A stretch of 63,550 nt of DNA, counting the filler, from Octopus bimaculoides (lineage: Eukaryota): the NCBI RefSeq assembly GCF_001194135.2. It is 6 parts of 6 records of this genome, joined end to end, with 100 filler letters (N's around TTAATTAATTAA, not from the genome) between each part and the next. Parts side by side here need not be neighbours in the genome. Positions count along the whole stretch, not along the records: positions 20,366 to 27,624 come from NC_068984.1; positions 27,725 to 42,534 come from NC_068982.1; 4 more parts are not named here. One strand, 5' to 3'. Under the pieces are notes generated by a model that did no database searches, had not been told where the DNA came from, and saw only the letters and a program-made list of their open reading frames with translations. This document shows positions 25,890 through 38,764 of this stretch, in pieces. A program made the position numbers and the translations under genes. The first letter of the stretch is position 1. Every line of letters begins with the position of its first letter.

Positions 25890-26035
25890 CGGGCTTCTTT
25901 CGGTTACTAATAAATTCACTCACAATCCTTTAGTCAGGTCGGGCTATATTACAAGAGACTGGCCCAAGTTGTCATGCAATGAGATTGAACCATGTGGTTG
26001 GAAAGCAAACTTCTTATCGTACACCCATGTCTCCA
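25890..26035 (-). mobile_element. SINE family A, degraded 5' half
   Basis: GGGCTTCTTTCGGTTACTAATAAATTCACTCACAA...GGCCCAAG...GAACCATGTGGTTGGAAAGCAAACTTCTTA. Confidence 0.7.
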
Positions 26036-26942
26036 TCAATAGTGGAGTATTTTCATAAAATGGGCTCCACTAATGTTCATATAAATTCGAAGTGTTTCAG
26101 GGCTATGATATGATTATGCACAAAATTAAAAGGAGAAAAAAAACAGAAGAAAATGTGAGACAGCTGCTGATAGACGATATATAGGAAATAGGAAATATTC
26201 TGCTTCAGAAAGTCCTTATTTTGAGGATTTCATTTCATGAAGCAATATATATATATTTGACTTCCTCATTGATATATAGTAAAATAAGTATGACATACGT
26301 AAGATTAGATATCGAACTACGCGGACGATCGAATATACCGAAAAGGCAGACACTATATTATGTAAACGGGTGAAATTATCTCATGAGGTAACAGTACCTT
26401 CAGTGTTCAGCATTGAACTAAACTCATGGGGTGATACATATTATCTAAATAAACAGATATTTTTTAATTAGAATAATCCATATAACGGAAATTAAGTCTA
26501 TATAACAGAAACTTAAGTAATATTACGTAGTAAGAAGTTTTCTGTTTCAAAAATCTCTGTTTTTTTCTCATCAAGTGATTTACGGACTCCCACTGCGACA
26601 TACAGTACAAGACCAGCTTTCATGTAGGGGGAAAAAAATGAGAACTCTCTTTTCTGTGATGAATTACTAACAGACACTTATTTTCTTACCCAACTGAATG
26701 AAAATACGTGATGTGGAAAAAATGGCCCAAAGTACTCAACATGAAAATAATTTTTAAATAGCATGAAGTAACCATATCTATGCGTATGAGTGTTTATGCA
26801 TGTATAAGTGTGTATGTACGCGCGCATGTGTGTGCGTATGTGTATGCATATATATATACATACATATATGGAAACACACACATATATACATACATTTATA
26901 CATACATGCAAGCATACACACTTACGCACAAGCACACACACA

Positions 26943-26976
<34 letters not shown>

Positions 26977-26979
<3 letters not shown>

Positions 26980-27620
26980 AGAATTCACAGAAAAAAAACA
27001 AAAGACGAAGACAGGTGGTGTAGAAAACAGATGTATTAGTATAACGCTCGGGAATTGAAAGAGACTTTAACGTTTCGAGCCTACGCTCTTCCACAGAAAG
27101 GAACACAGAAAGAAACAAGGAGAGAAAAAAACGTGTGTAGTTGTTAGCGATCTATCATGGCAAATACCGGACAGAAGGGTCACACAGGAGAGCTGAGAAG
27201 AAGGGGAGACTACAAAGTAGTAGTGATCCGAAAACGAAGGTGCGCGTGTGTGTAAGAGTGTACGTATGTGCGTGTGAAAGAGGGCTGGCAATCTTGACGT
27301 GTGCGTGTGTGTATATGTAGGTGTGAAAATCTGGGGATGGGAATTGGTCAGTGCTGGTGTATGCGTGGTGGTGTGTTGTGATGTGATGGTATGGTGTAGT
27401 GTGGTGTGGTGTGATGGTGTTGGGAGGTGGGAGACGCGAGATTGGGGAAAGCACGGGTGGGGTGTGGGCTAGACTGAGGGTGGGGTTAGAGGTGGTGTAT
27501 GTGAGTAGGCAGAGGATGGGGTAGAGGTGGCGTATGTGGGAGAGGGTGTAAGGGATGGGATGGGGTGGGATAAGAAGGATAGGGAAGGTGGGGTAGGAAT
27601 GTGTAGGGGTGGAATAAGCT
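26977..27620 (-). mobile_element. Penelope-like repeat, copy 2, with adjoining G-rich (sense C-rich) tract
   Basis: 26977-27132 matches copy 1; continues into GT/GGG-rich sequence up to the gap. Confidence 0.65.
27065..27100 (-). ncRNA. Minimal type-I hammerhead-like motif, CUGUGGA core variant
   Basis: Minus strand: CTTT-CTGTGGA-A-GAGC GTAG GCTC-GAA-ACGT-T-AAAG. Confidence 0.6.
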
Positions 27621-27842
27621 ATTGNNNNNNNNNNNNNNNNNNNNNNNNNNNNNNNNNNNNNNNNNNNNTTAATTAATTAANNNNNNNNNNNNNNNNNNNN
27701 NNNNNNNNNNNNNNNNNNNNNNNNTCACGAAGTATTTTGTGTTATACACAACTTATACAAAATTTTAAAACAAAATAGGTCTTTTAAGAGGTGAAAAATG
27801 CAACTTACATGGGAGCCGATGTGTCTACCGTCCGTCCATGAT

Positions 27843-27889
<47 letters not shown>

Positions 27890-28195
27890 TGATGGGCAGG
27901 ATACTTAGAGTAAAGAACTTCAACTTTGAAGAAGTTTGGGTGGGTGTCAATAAGCTCAGGCATATATTACATACTCTCAACTACCATATTCCTCTGTGTG
28001 TGTATGTGTGTGTGTGTGTGTGTGTATGAATGCATATGTGTGCAAATAAGGGTGAGTAAAATACATGTGTGAGTGTGTGCATATGTGTGTGAGGGTATGC
28101 ATTAATGTATGTGAAAGTGCAAGTGTGTGTAAATATGTGCATATGTATGTGTATATGTTTGCGAGCGTGTGTATTTATGTGTGTGTGTGTGTGTG

Positions 28196-28251
<56 letters not shown>

Positions 28252-28884
28252 NNNNNNNNNNNNNNNNNNNNNNNNNNNNNNNNNNNNNNNNNNNNNNNNN
28301 NNNNNNNNNNNNNNNNNNNNNNNNNNNNNNNNNNNNNNNNNNNNNNNNNNNNNNNNNNNNNNNNNNNNNNNNNNNNNNNNNNNNNNNNNNNNNNNNNNNN
28401 NNNNNNNNNNNNNNNNNNNNNNNNNNNNNNNNNNNNNNNNNNNNNNNNNNNNNNNNNNNNNNNNNNNNNNNNNNNNNNNNNNNNNNNNNNNNNNNNNNNN
28501 NNNNNNNNNNNNNNNNNNNNNNNNNNNNNNNNNNNNNNNNNNNNNNNNNNNNNNNNNNNNNNNNNNNNNNNNNNNNNNNNNNNNNNNNNNNNNNNNNNNN
28601 NNNNNNNNNNNNNNNNNNNNNNNNNNNNNNNNNNNNNNNNNNNNNNNNNNNNNNNNNNNNNNNNNNNNNNNNNNNNNNNNNNNNNNNNNNNNNNNNNNNN
28701 NNNNNNNNNNNNNNNNNNNNNNNNNNNNNNNNNNNNNNNNNNNNNNNNNNNNNNNNNNNNNTGAAACAAGTAAAAGAGTAAAAGAGTACATTCGCAACTA
28801 TTCCCGATGATGTAACTACTTCATCTGAGGGTATTTGAATTGCACACACGCACGCACACGCACACGCACACACACACACGCACG

Positions 28885-28927
<43 letters not shown>

Positions 28928-29419
28928 GCACACACATGTATGCTCACGCATACATGCACATACACGTATATACACGCACATGCACACAGACATACATACT
29001 CAAACGTACTATCGTCTCAGTGGATCCTCCTATGGCCGAGAGATTCGAAGCTCGCGTCATAATCATAAGGTTCTAGGTTCAATCAATACCAACGTCTGAC
29101 TTGTAGCATAAGTGATTTTTTTTTCCATGGCGTCTGATCGACTCCATCCGCTTACGTGCACGCACACACACAGAGAAAACATTCTCCTTCCCTTCCTTTC
29201 GAAATTGATATATCTCTGCTACATATGCTTTTGGCACCTTGTAACATTTATTTTTAGCTGGCACTATGAAGTAGATTTAGGAAATGGTAAACTGAAATAC
29301 ATTTGAGTTCGTGGCTTATGTTTGTGTTGTTGCTGATATACGCGTGCGTGGTCATATATATAGTCAGTAATTCTAACTATCAAATGAGCGAATAATAGGA
29401 ACCTCTACTTGCCCACTTT

Positions 29420-30555
29420 CTTACCTGCCTGCTTACCTACCTACCTACCTACCTACCTACCCACCTACCTACCATAATTAAATACCTACCTCTATCATTC
29501 TATCTACCTACCAAACTTCTTACTTACCTACATACATACCGATCAATGAAACTAACCACCTTTCAATTTATCAATATACACCTATGAGCCTATCCACACG
29601 TACCTAACTAGCTACCTATATAGCTACCTACGTTACTACCAACCTTCCAACCTACTAACTTATCGACCTATCTACCTCCCACACATATATCCACCTACAG
29701 TACTTTCCAAGTTACCCACTTTCCAAACTACCTGCCCACCCTCTCACCCTTTAACCTACCTACCTACCTACATACCTACATACATACATACATACATACA
29801 TACATACCTATCTTTCGATTTACTAACCAGCTACCAATCTACCCACCAATTTACCTACCTAAATATACCTCCTTAACTACATATATACCTATCCACATTT
29901 CTGTCTGCCTCACCACATAACTACACATCGCCTTAAATAAATGGCTATCTACCCATCTTCTCACGAATCTACCCTCGTTCCTATCTACCTACCTAGTTAC
30001 TTACCCATACGCAAACCTACAACCTACCTATCTACACATCTTGCTACCTATCTAATTACATACCTAAAAAGTACTTATATACTTACCTATCCACTTGCAA
30101 ACACCCCAACCTACATTTCGCCTATATACCCATCCAAATAGGTATATACCTCCTTATCAACATACTATCTACCCACTACCCATTCTTTTCTACATCCCTA
30201 ATTAATAGCCATCTATCCATCTTCCTACTTATCTACCAACATTCTTATCCCTCTACCTATTTATTTTGCCCACCTATCTGCCTTCACATATATTAAGCCA
30301 CCTCAAACCTACCAACCCACCTATATACCTACCTACCTATCCAACAAACTACGTACCAGATGCACCCAACTACCTACACACTCACACAAGTATCTCCCCG
30401 CTTACATGTCTGCCTACATTTCTACCTCGCTAAACGATAGCTACCTACCTACATTCATATTTACCTACCCACCTACCTACCTACCTACCTACCTACCTAC
30501 CTACCTACGTATGTATGTATGTATGTATGTATGTATGTATGTATGTATGTATGCA
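29420..30555. repeat. Long degenerate (TACC)n satellite ending in pure (CCTA)n/(GTAT)n
   Basis: Seen directly. Confidence 0.9.
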
Positions 30556-31306
30556 TTTGTAATGCAATATATGGGTTCATAGAATCCTATGGCAATCACA
30601 GAGAGCTCCTCTAGTGGATCCGGCTATCACACCACACAGTAATCTAATACGGAGGTATATAATGCAGAGTTATATGAAGCTGAAATCCTGGAGATCCAAT
30701 CGATGAAATGATTTCATGTGGAGTATATAAATCATAAAAAGTTCGGAAGTATGAAAAGTGAATATATTTAACCACTTGACAGCCTTAGGATTACGGCTGT
30801 CTCGCAGCATTCATCATGCAATAATAATCAATGTATTACGGATTATTTTACATGTATTCACCATTATGCATGTTACACGTTATACAGTACAACTGAATAT
30901 GTATGAATCAATGCAGATAAAGAAGATTAGATCTTCTGATCCCCAGAACATTATGGTTGCACCAATACTTCAGGCCGTAATCATAAGGATATCAAGTGGT
31001 TATACAAATATATTCACCTCTTATACCTCTACCTATCTACATACGTATATATATATTGTTTTCGTATACATTCGCTGCTTTCTTCCAAGCAATCTAGTGC
31101 TCTTAGCTTAGTTTTTCCTTGGGGCGGGCCAGATTGGAGCAATCAAAGATAATCTGAAACTCGACTGAGGAAAGAAAACTCCGAATGACCCGTCCTTGTT
31201 TTCTTTGTATCGTCTGTCTGGCTGTTTTGCGTTCTTGTCCCATTTTTGTATTTTTATATATAAAGATATAGCGGTGTACGTGCACTTTAGTCTCTTATAT
31301 GTAAGT

Positions 31307-31370
<64 letters not shown>

Positions 31371-31822
31371 TAATTTTGTACGACTCTCATTCTTTCTATT
31401 CTTTCATTCTTTCCTTCTTTCTATCAGCCCCTTCACACTTACTTCGTTCATTCCACTCTTCGTTCTTTCGTTCACCCTCTTTCACATTTCCTGGCCTTCT
31501 CTTCAAGCTCACCTTCCCTCCTCTTTCACTTCACATTGTCCCTTTCATTTTTTTCTCGCTCCTCCTTAATTCTTCTATCCCTCTGCCTCTACCTCTCTCT
31601 CTTCTCTTCTTTCCCCACACACAGACACAGACACAAACAGCTTCCTTCAAAACTACCTATCTACCAGCATGCCAACCCACATACTTGTATTACCCACGTT
31701 CCTAACCATAATCCTACCTGCTTGTTAACTCTCCACTAATCTAAGGCAGAACCATAACCAATGAGGTTTTCCGACGAGTAAGAGAGATAGAGAGAGAGAG
31801 AGACGGTGAGAGAGATAGAGAG

Positions 31823-31870
<48 letters not shown>

Positions 31871-32082
31871 TGTATGTGTATGCGTGTGTGTAAATCTACA
31901 CACACGCACATACATTTATATATGTATACATTCACACATATATATCATACACACATATACATATGCTTATGAATGTATATATTTACGGATGCGTGTATTT
32001 GTATACATATATGAATGCATATGTATACATACATACATACATACATACAAATACATGTATATATGTGTGTACATATATATAC

Positions 32083-32127
<45 letters not shown>

Positions 32128-33974
32128 NNNNNNNNNNNNNNNNNNNNNNNNNNNNNNNNNNNNNNNNNNNNNNNNNNNNNNNNNNNNNNNNNNNNNNNNN
32201 NNNNNNNNNNNNNNNNTATGAATGTATATATTTACGGATGCGTGTATTTGTATACATATATGAATGCATATGTATACATACATACATACATACAAATACA
32301 TGTATATATGTGTGTACATATATATACATACATACATATAATACAATACATACACAGACACGCGCACACCAACATGTGCGTGTACATGTGCGCATATATA
32401 TGAGTACATATGCCTATCAAGTTTCTTTTTATCCTTCACGTGTTGTCTCATTTGCGAGTTTTTTTTGTTGTCTTTAATCCTCTTCTCTTTCTCTCTTTCT
32501 ACTTTCCTCTTCGCGCTCTCATTTTCTTTCTGCCTCTCTTAATCATTCTACCTCTAACCACTCTCTCTAGACTATTCTATCAATCTCTCAAGCTTACCGT
32601 CACCCACAAGCAACCCCCATTACTATCTCTCTTTCATGATATATCTATCTTTTTACCTTTAGACTTTCATGAATTCTTCGAAAGGGGATAACTTGGCTCT
32701 ATTTCACATTCACAACGCTTGCGTAACTCTCTTCGAGGCAGAGATAAAGGTTGGCGAAACTCATTCTAATCACTAAAGAAATTCCATTAGCTTACGTGTA
32801 TAGCCAACTTTGCAAATGTTACATAGCAGAAGTGATTAGAACTGTTCTTGGTTAAGTCATATATTTCAGCTTTCCAGTGTTTTTATTCTTTTAATGATCA
32901 TTTATATGTATGTATGTATGTGTGTATATATATATATGTGTGTGCGTGTGTTTGCATTTGTGTGAGAGTGTGCGTGTGGGCGTGTGTGTGTANNNNNNNN
33001 NNNNNNNNNNNNNNNNNNNNNNNNNNNNNNNNNNNNNNNNNNNNNNNNNNNNNNNNNNNNNNNNNNNNNNNNNNNNNNNNNNNNNNNNNNNNNNNNNNNN
33101 NNNNNNNNNNNNNNNNNNNNNNNNNNNNNNNNNNNNNNNNNNNNNNNNNNNNNNNNNNNNNNNNNNNNNNNNNNNNNNNNNNNNNNNNNNNNNNNNNNNN
33201 NNNNNNNNNNNNNNNNNNNNNNNNNNNNNNNNNNNNNNNNNNNNNNNNNNNNNNNNNNNNNNNNNNNNNNNNNNNNNNNNNNNNNNNNNNNNNNNNNNNN
33301 NNNNNNNNNNNNNNNNNNNNNNNNNNNNNNNNNNNNNNNNNNNNNNNNNNNNNNNNNNNNNNNNNNNNNNNNNNNNNNNNNNNNNNNNNNNNNNNNNNNN
33401 NNNNNNNNNNNNNNNNNNNNNNNNNNNNNNNNNNNNNNNNNNNNNNNNNNNNNNNNNNNNNNNNNNNNNNNNNNNNNNNNNNNNNNNNNNNNNNNNNNNN
33501 NNNNNNNNNNNNNNNNNNNNNNNNNNNNNNNNNNNNNNNNNNNNNNNNNNNNNNNNNNNNNNNNNNNNNNNNNNNNNNNNNNNNNNNNNNNNNNNNNNNN
33601 NNNNNNNNNNNNNNNNNNNNNNNNNNNNNNNNNNNNNNNNNNNNNNNNNNNNNNNNNNNNNNNNNNNNNNNNNNNNNNNNNNNNNNNNNNNNATATATAC
33701 GTATGTATTAGATCGTTTTCTCCTATTTACTTGAGATTCGAAACCGAATCCACATACCTGTTGCTTGTCAGACGAATGTCTGATCGTTTGTGTCTTATCT
33801 CTATGCTGGGAAGATTAATGAGAACACCGAGACCTTCGGTGGGCGTGGAAAGGTCAATCCATTATTTTAGGTTTGACCTACTTCCTGGCCATACTTTATA
33901 TAACCGATTGGAGAGTTCGCTTCTCCCTCTTTCGTTTTCAGCTGGCTAACCAAGAACATAGAATCTCTCTCCCA

Positions 33975-34017
<43 letters not shown>

Positions 34018-34253
34018 GTTTTCAGTCGGTTAACCGAGAGCATCGGCCGAATGGAAAGTAACAATGCACTTTTTACCCTTTCTTCCTCTCTGTCAGCAGA
34101 CCGTTTACTAGGCTTCTAATAAAATCTGTGAATAATATTCTTTTCTTTTCGATGTTGTTATTACGCTGTCCCATCCTACTTTTGACCATCTACATACAAT
34201 TAGCGACTCCGACGCGAAACAAGGATCGCTATTTCTATATCAAGTAACTTCTC

Positions 34254-34821
34254 GGATCTTTTTTAAAACGGGGGCCACATTTTTCATTAACGAAACACTT
34301 TGAAACTTGGAACACTGGTAGAATGTGTCATATAAAACATATTTTTCTCTTAGTCTTCTTAAAAAAAAAAGAAATCCATAAATTATTCCATGTTAAAGTT
34401 GTCGTATTTCTGTAATTTCAACCAATCACTGACGTCCATTCAGCCGATATACATTAAGTGCCGACTACATAAACAAACGATTCTGAAACAATTAACCCTA
34501 ACCCTAACCCTAGGGTTAGGGTTAGGGTTAAAGCAAATTTAAAATGAAAAAAGCAAATAAAACGAAGGTATGGAGATTAAATACACTTTACATCGCTTAA
34601 TGAGCCAAAGGAGTAAATGTAAACAACTGAATACTTGTCACTGATTGGTTGAAATTATCGAAATAAGACAATTTTTTACATGAAATAAATTCGAATACAA
34701 AAATATTTTTCTGTTCTATAACACAAAATAGATAAGTATACGAAGTTTGAAAGTCTTTCCGTACCAAAAACACTACGTAAAACATTAATGAAAAATGTGG
34801 ACCCCGTTTTAAAAAAGATCC
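34254..34821. mobile_element. MITE with ~37-bp TIRs and 8-bp TSD (Merlin-like termini GG...CC)
   Basis: Left TIR GGATCTTTTTTAAAACGGGGGCCACATTTTTCATTAA, right TIR TTAATGAAAAATGTGGACCCCGTTTTAAAAAAGATCC; AACTTCTC duplicated at 34246-34253 and 34822-34829. Confidence 0.85.
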
Positions 34822-34892
34822 AACTTCTCATTCGTAAGTTGCAATTGGTAACTCCGACGTAAGAACCACATCCGTGCGTTACACACACACAC

Positions 34893-34924
<32 letters not shown>

Positions 34925-34999
34925 NNNNNNNNNNACACGCACACACACACACACACACACACATACACACACGCACACACACACGCAAGAACATTCTAA

Positions 35000-35188
35000 T
35001 ATCCTTTCTACTATAGACACAGGGCCTGAAATTTGGGGCAAGGGATAGTAGTCGATTACATAAAACCCAGTGCTCAACTGATACTTATTTTATTGACCCC
35101 TCGGCAGAATCTGAACTCAGAACGTATTGACGGACGAAATGCTGCTAAGCATTTTGTCTGGCGCACTAATAATTCTGCCAGCTCGCTG
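35000..35188 (-). mobile_element. SINE family C
   Basis: GTCGATTACAT...CCCAGTGCTCAACTGATACTTATTTTATTGACCCC...TTCTGCCAGCTCGC. Confidence 0.8.
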
Positions 35189-35318
35189 TCTTGGTAATAG
35201 TAATAATAATAATGATAATAAGTTTATAGCCGAAATTATGTTTCTGGCATTCAACTCACCGCAGGTACTCTTTCTTTGTCTTTTCTTTCCATCTATCTCA
35301 AGTATTCCTAGTTATATC

Positions 35319-35705
35319 TGAGAAAGATGGAATTAAACACAATGATATAAAAGAAAAGACAAAGAAAGAGTACCTGTAGCGAGTGGGAAAATACTCGCTT
35401 CAAAGCTGAATGCCAGAAACATAATTTCGGCTATAAACTCGCGCGCAGTCGCAGTAGTTCGGTATGGCGCTGGAATCTTGAAGTGGACAGATAAGGAACT
35501 AAAGGAGATGGACAGGAAGACTAGAAAACTCCTAACAATGCATGGAGCCCATCAGCCGCGTGCAGACACTGATCGCCTATATATGAAGAAAGCAAATGGA
35601 AGAAGGGAATTTGTAAGTGTGGAAGACTGTGTACATATCGAACTCGAGAGCTTAATGAGATACCTATTCCAAATAAGGAAATCTTGCTAGTGTCAGTTAG
35701 GAACG
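35319..35705 (+). mobile_element. R4/Dong-clade LINE fragment (RT thumb region)
   Basis: NIISAINSRAVAVVRYGAGILKWTDKELKEMDRKTRKLLTMHGAHQPRADTDRLYMKKANGRR, typical of RLE-type LINEs. Confidence 0.85.
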
Positions 35706-36721
35706 AGGTTTTGTTGTAACTCCTGGAGTCTTGCATGCGTTGCAGGCTTGCTGCCTGCAGCCTACGATATCATGTTATCTGTTCTTTTCAACTATCTAAT
35801 ACTTTCCTGATTATGCTGGCCGTGCCAAGGGGGCAAAGCTTTTGTAACAGTTCTCTTGGGCATTCTATTCCGATTTCCTTTATATTCCTCTTGATGCCTT
35901 TCGATGCTAACTCCAAGGATCCAACAATAATTGGCACTATCTTCACCTTCTTCATTTTCCATAAGCGAGCTATTTCGTACTTAAGAGAATTGTATATACC
36001 TATTTTTTCGCCTTCCTTCTTGACCATTCGTGGGTCAAAGGAGCACACAACATCAACTATATAGCACATATGGTGCATGTTGTCGACTACCACAAGATCC
36101 GGTCTGTTCTGCTCTAACACCTGATCTGTTTGGCTCGGGAAATCCCAGAGGATTTAACAGGTCTCTGACTCCGATGCTCTCTGCGGTTTGTGCTCATACC
36201 ATGTCTTGCCTCTATTTACCCACCATTTTTTGTGGAGACACTTGCTCATTCCTAAAGTTGACCCTCCAATTCATGGCCAAAGCATGGTCTTGCGCTGCCA
36301 GTATAGTGCTCTCAGTCTCTTTTTTCAGTGTCTCTTCCTCCAGCGAATCCCACCAATGTTTTCCAGTAACTTTAGTTGTGGCTACATGGAATTGATTGTG
36401 CAGTCCCTTGTTGCAGAATGCTTCTTCATGCCATTTTTGTACTTCTTCCTTTGTTTTATCCTCTTTGTCTGCTTTCAATACTTCCTAATTCCTAACTGGC
36501 ATTAACATGGTTTACTTACTTTGGGATAGGTATTTCATTAAGCTCCCGAGTTCGATACGTATGCAGTCTTCCACGTTTATCAACCCACTTCCTCCGTCTG
36601 CTCTCTTCATGTATAAGCGATCAGTGTCTGCACGTGGATGATGGGCTCAATGTATCGTTAAGAGCTTTTTTTGTCTTCCTGCCCAGCTCCTTTAGTTCCA
36701 ACTCTGTCCACTTTAGGATTC
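35706..36721 (-). mobile_element. R4/Dong-clade LINE, 5'-truncated 3' ~1 kb with restriction-like endonuclease domain
   Basis: KKETESTILAAQDHAL, then NRPDLVVVD...CYIVDVVC...YNSLKYEIARLWKMKKVKIVPIIVGSL...LGTASIIRKVLDS* (PD-D RLE motif); frameshifted. Confidence 0.9.
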
Positions 36722-36744
36722 TATAATAATAATTATTATTATTA

Positions 36745-37038
36745 TTGTTCAGTAGTTTTATTTTTATAACGTGCTTTCACTTCATTACCGAGCGCAGCTC
36801 TGTGTGCCTTGGGTATGTGCTGTGGTTTGCTGTGATGCTCTTATGGTTACTGTATTAAAAGTGTTTTGCGTAGGATGTGTGCAGTGCCCAGTAGTGCAAT
36901 TTTCTGTATGTTATATATATTTGTAAGTCCTGGTGTTTTTGTTATGTATTTGTCTGAATATTTTTTTTATTATACCTAAGGCACCTACTATGATAGGAAT
37001 TGTTTCTGTTTTTAGATTCCACATTCGAGTTACCTCGA
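36745..37038 (-). mobile_element. Second R4/Dong subfamily, 3' end
   Basis: EVTRMWNLKTETIPIIVGALGII..(frameshift)..IQKIALLGTAHILRKTLLIQ* plus 3'UTR; (AAT)n on both sides of the sense strand. Confidence 0.85.
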
Positions 37039-37106
<68 letters not shown>

Positions 37107-37107
<1 letters not shown>

Positions 37108-37663
37108 GAGTGAGAGACCAGTGCATGCCATCAAAGTGACACTAGGGTGAAATATACGAAGCCCAGTATACCCATCATGCCTACCCGTCTGATAAAGGTA
37201 CACCTGGCACATGCATAACAAACATATATGCGTGACATGGTGATCTCATATCAAGATTAACACCGCATGACTTTGCAGGTGGGGTCCAATTAAAACTTTC
37301 TTCAGATTGAGTAGATCATCCCACTCAAAAGGTCCCTGAATAAGGGTTGTTTAAGGATGATGAGTGAAACACCCATGTTTCCAGAGGTGAATTATCCAAA
37401 CCCCAAAGAATTTCTCTCAAAACATGACTATGATGCTCCCCTACTACTTCTGCTCGTGAACAGAGATGCACATATTATCAGCCACTAAGGGACATGCTTA
37501 GCTGGTTAAAGTCAAACAACTGACAAGCAAATCTATGGTATTGAGCAGAATATTTGCTGTAGCCCATCTTTTATACCAAGACAAAACAATGTACATGATA
37601 ACACTTCCAGTCAGTTAAGATGAGAAGCCAAGAGAGCCAGTGCCTGGTACTGCATCAGGGCAC

Positions 37664-37664
<1 letters not shown>
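37107..37664 (-). mobile_element. Unclassified ~560-bp interspersed repeat bounded by (AAT)n, copy 2
   Basis: Same ends as 14067-14632; long (ATT)n on both sides. Confidence 0.8.
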
Positions 37665-37725
<61 letters not shown>

Positions 37726-37993
37726 GAAGTTGAGATCGACTAGTCCTCTCCCCCATAGTTTCAGGTCTTGTGTACGTGTGCTATAAATGGTGAAGATGTC
37801 AAAACAGTTAAACAATATGTTGCAATACACACAGGCCAACCCACTGACTGAAGGCTGAGAAGCTGCAGCCTACCTAAGACCAGGGTACGTTAAGATAAAG
37901 CGGAGTAATAAGGATATATCTGTAACACACAAGACCTTCCAAACTTTGCGAAGACAGTTTTGTTGACATTGGCATCCAAGATATCACACTCAC

Positions 37994-38078
37994 CATTCGA
38001 GTTTTCTTTAGAGCCTGTCTCTTCGAACATGAAAATATTCAAAATAAAGAAAATTGTGATGAAATAAATGTGATCCAT
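37994..38078 (-). CDS. Candidate first coding exon with signal-peptide-like sequence (MDHIYFITIFFILNIFMFEETGSKENSN+G)
   Basis: Exon 38109-37994: acceptor ATTATTTTACATAG|, ATG at 38078, hydrophobic stretch, phase-1 donor G|GTGAGT. No downstream exon identified. Confidence 0.3.
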
Positions 38079-38764
38079 GAATCTTCATTGCTTCTCCTGC
38101 TTCTCCTGTCTATGTAAAATAATATCACCAAACCTGGATGAATTCAGCCAATCTTTACAGAATGTAAACCAAAGTACGTTGGCCAAAAGTTTGAAAGATT
38201 TGATCGACTGTAAATTGTTTAATCTTTATTTGGTTCACCTATGACATTAACGAATTCGAATGCTAACCTTCATATAAAGCGATCGTGAATAGCATCTGTT
38301 ACTTTTGAAAGCTAGAACCGCCCCCCCCCCCAGCTCAGAAACCATGCAAAATATGCTTGTGATCATCGGGCGATGATGAAGTGGAAGATTACCAAGCGCG
38401 AGCCTATAATATAAAAAAGTATCGTTGTTAGATCAAATAAATACTGTACACAAGCAGCGAGTAGTGCAGAACTATGAATACTTGAAAATTATTCTCGAAA
38501 TTCTGTTGTTCACTGCTCAACAAAATCACTCAACGAAATTTTGCAGATGATCGCAGTAACTTCGGCAAAGTTTCCGACATTAACTTTAATAATTTTATGG
38601 AACTTTTATATATTCGGCCCTAGAGAAAATCGAAGTGTTAGATGCACATATGCAGTGAAACTCATTTATTCTTCAAATGGAAATTCTTTATATCATGTCT
38701 CAGATTGTTTTAGGTAACGTAGCAAATGATGTGAAATGTTTAGAACATTCCGTTATCATTGATG

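Noticed and set aside
31967-32335. ~120-bp direct duplication flanking a gap
   Set aside because: Same contig-end redundancy pattern.
33830-33915. GC-box, TATA-like and CCAAT-like motifs as a promoter
   Set aside because: Short motifs are expected by chance; their order is not canonical and no linked exon was found.
34492-34531. Chromosome end-to-end fusion site
   Set aside because: Orientation is CCCTAA then TTAGGG (opposite of a fusion), only three units per arm, and it lies inside a MITE.
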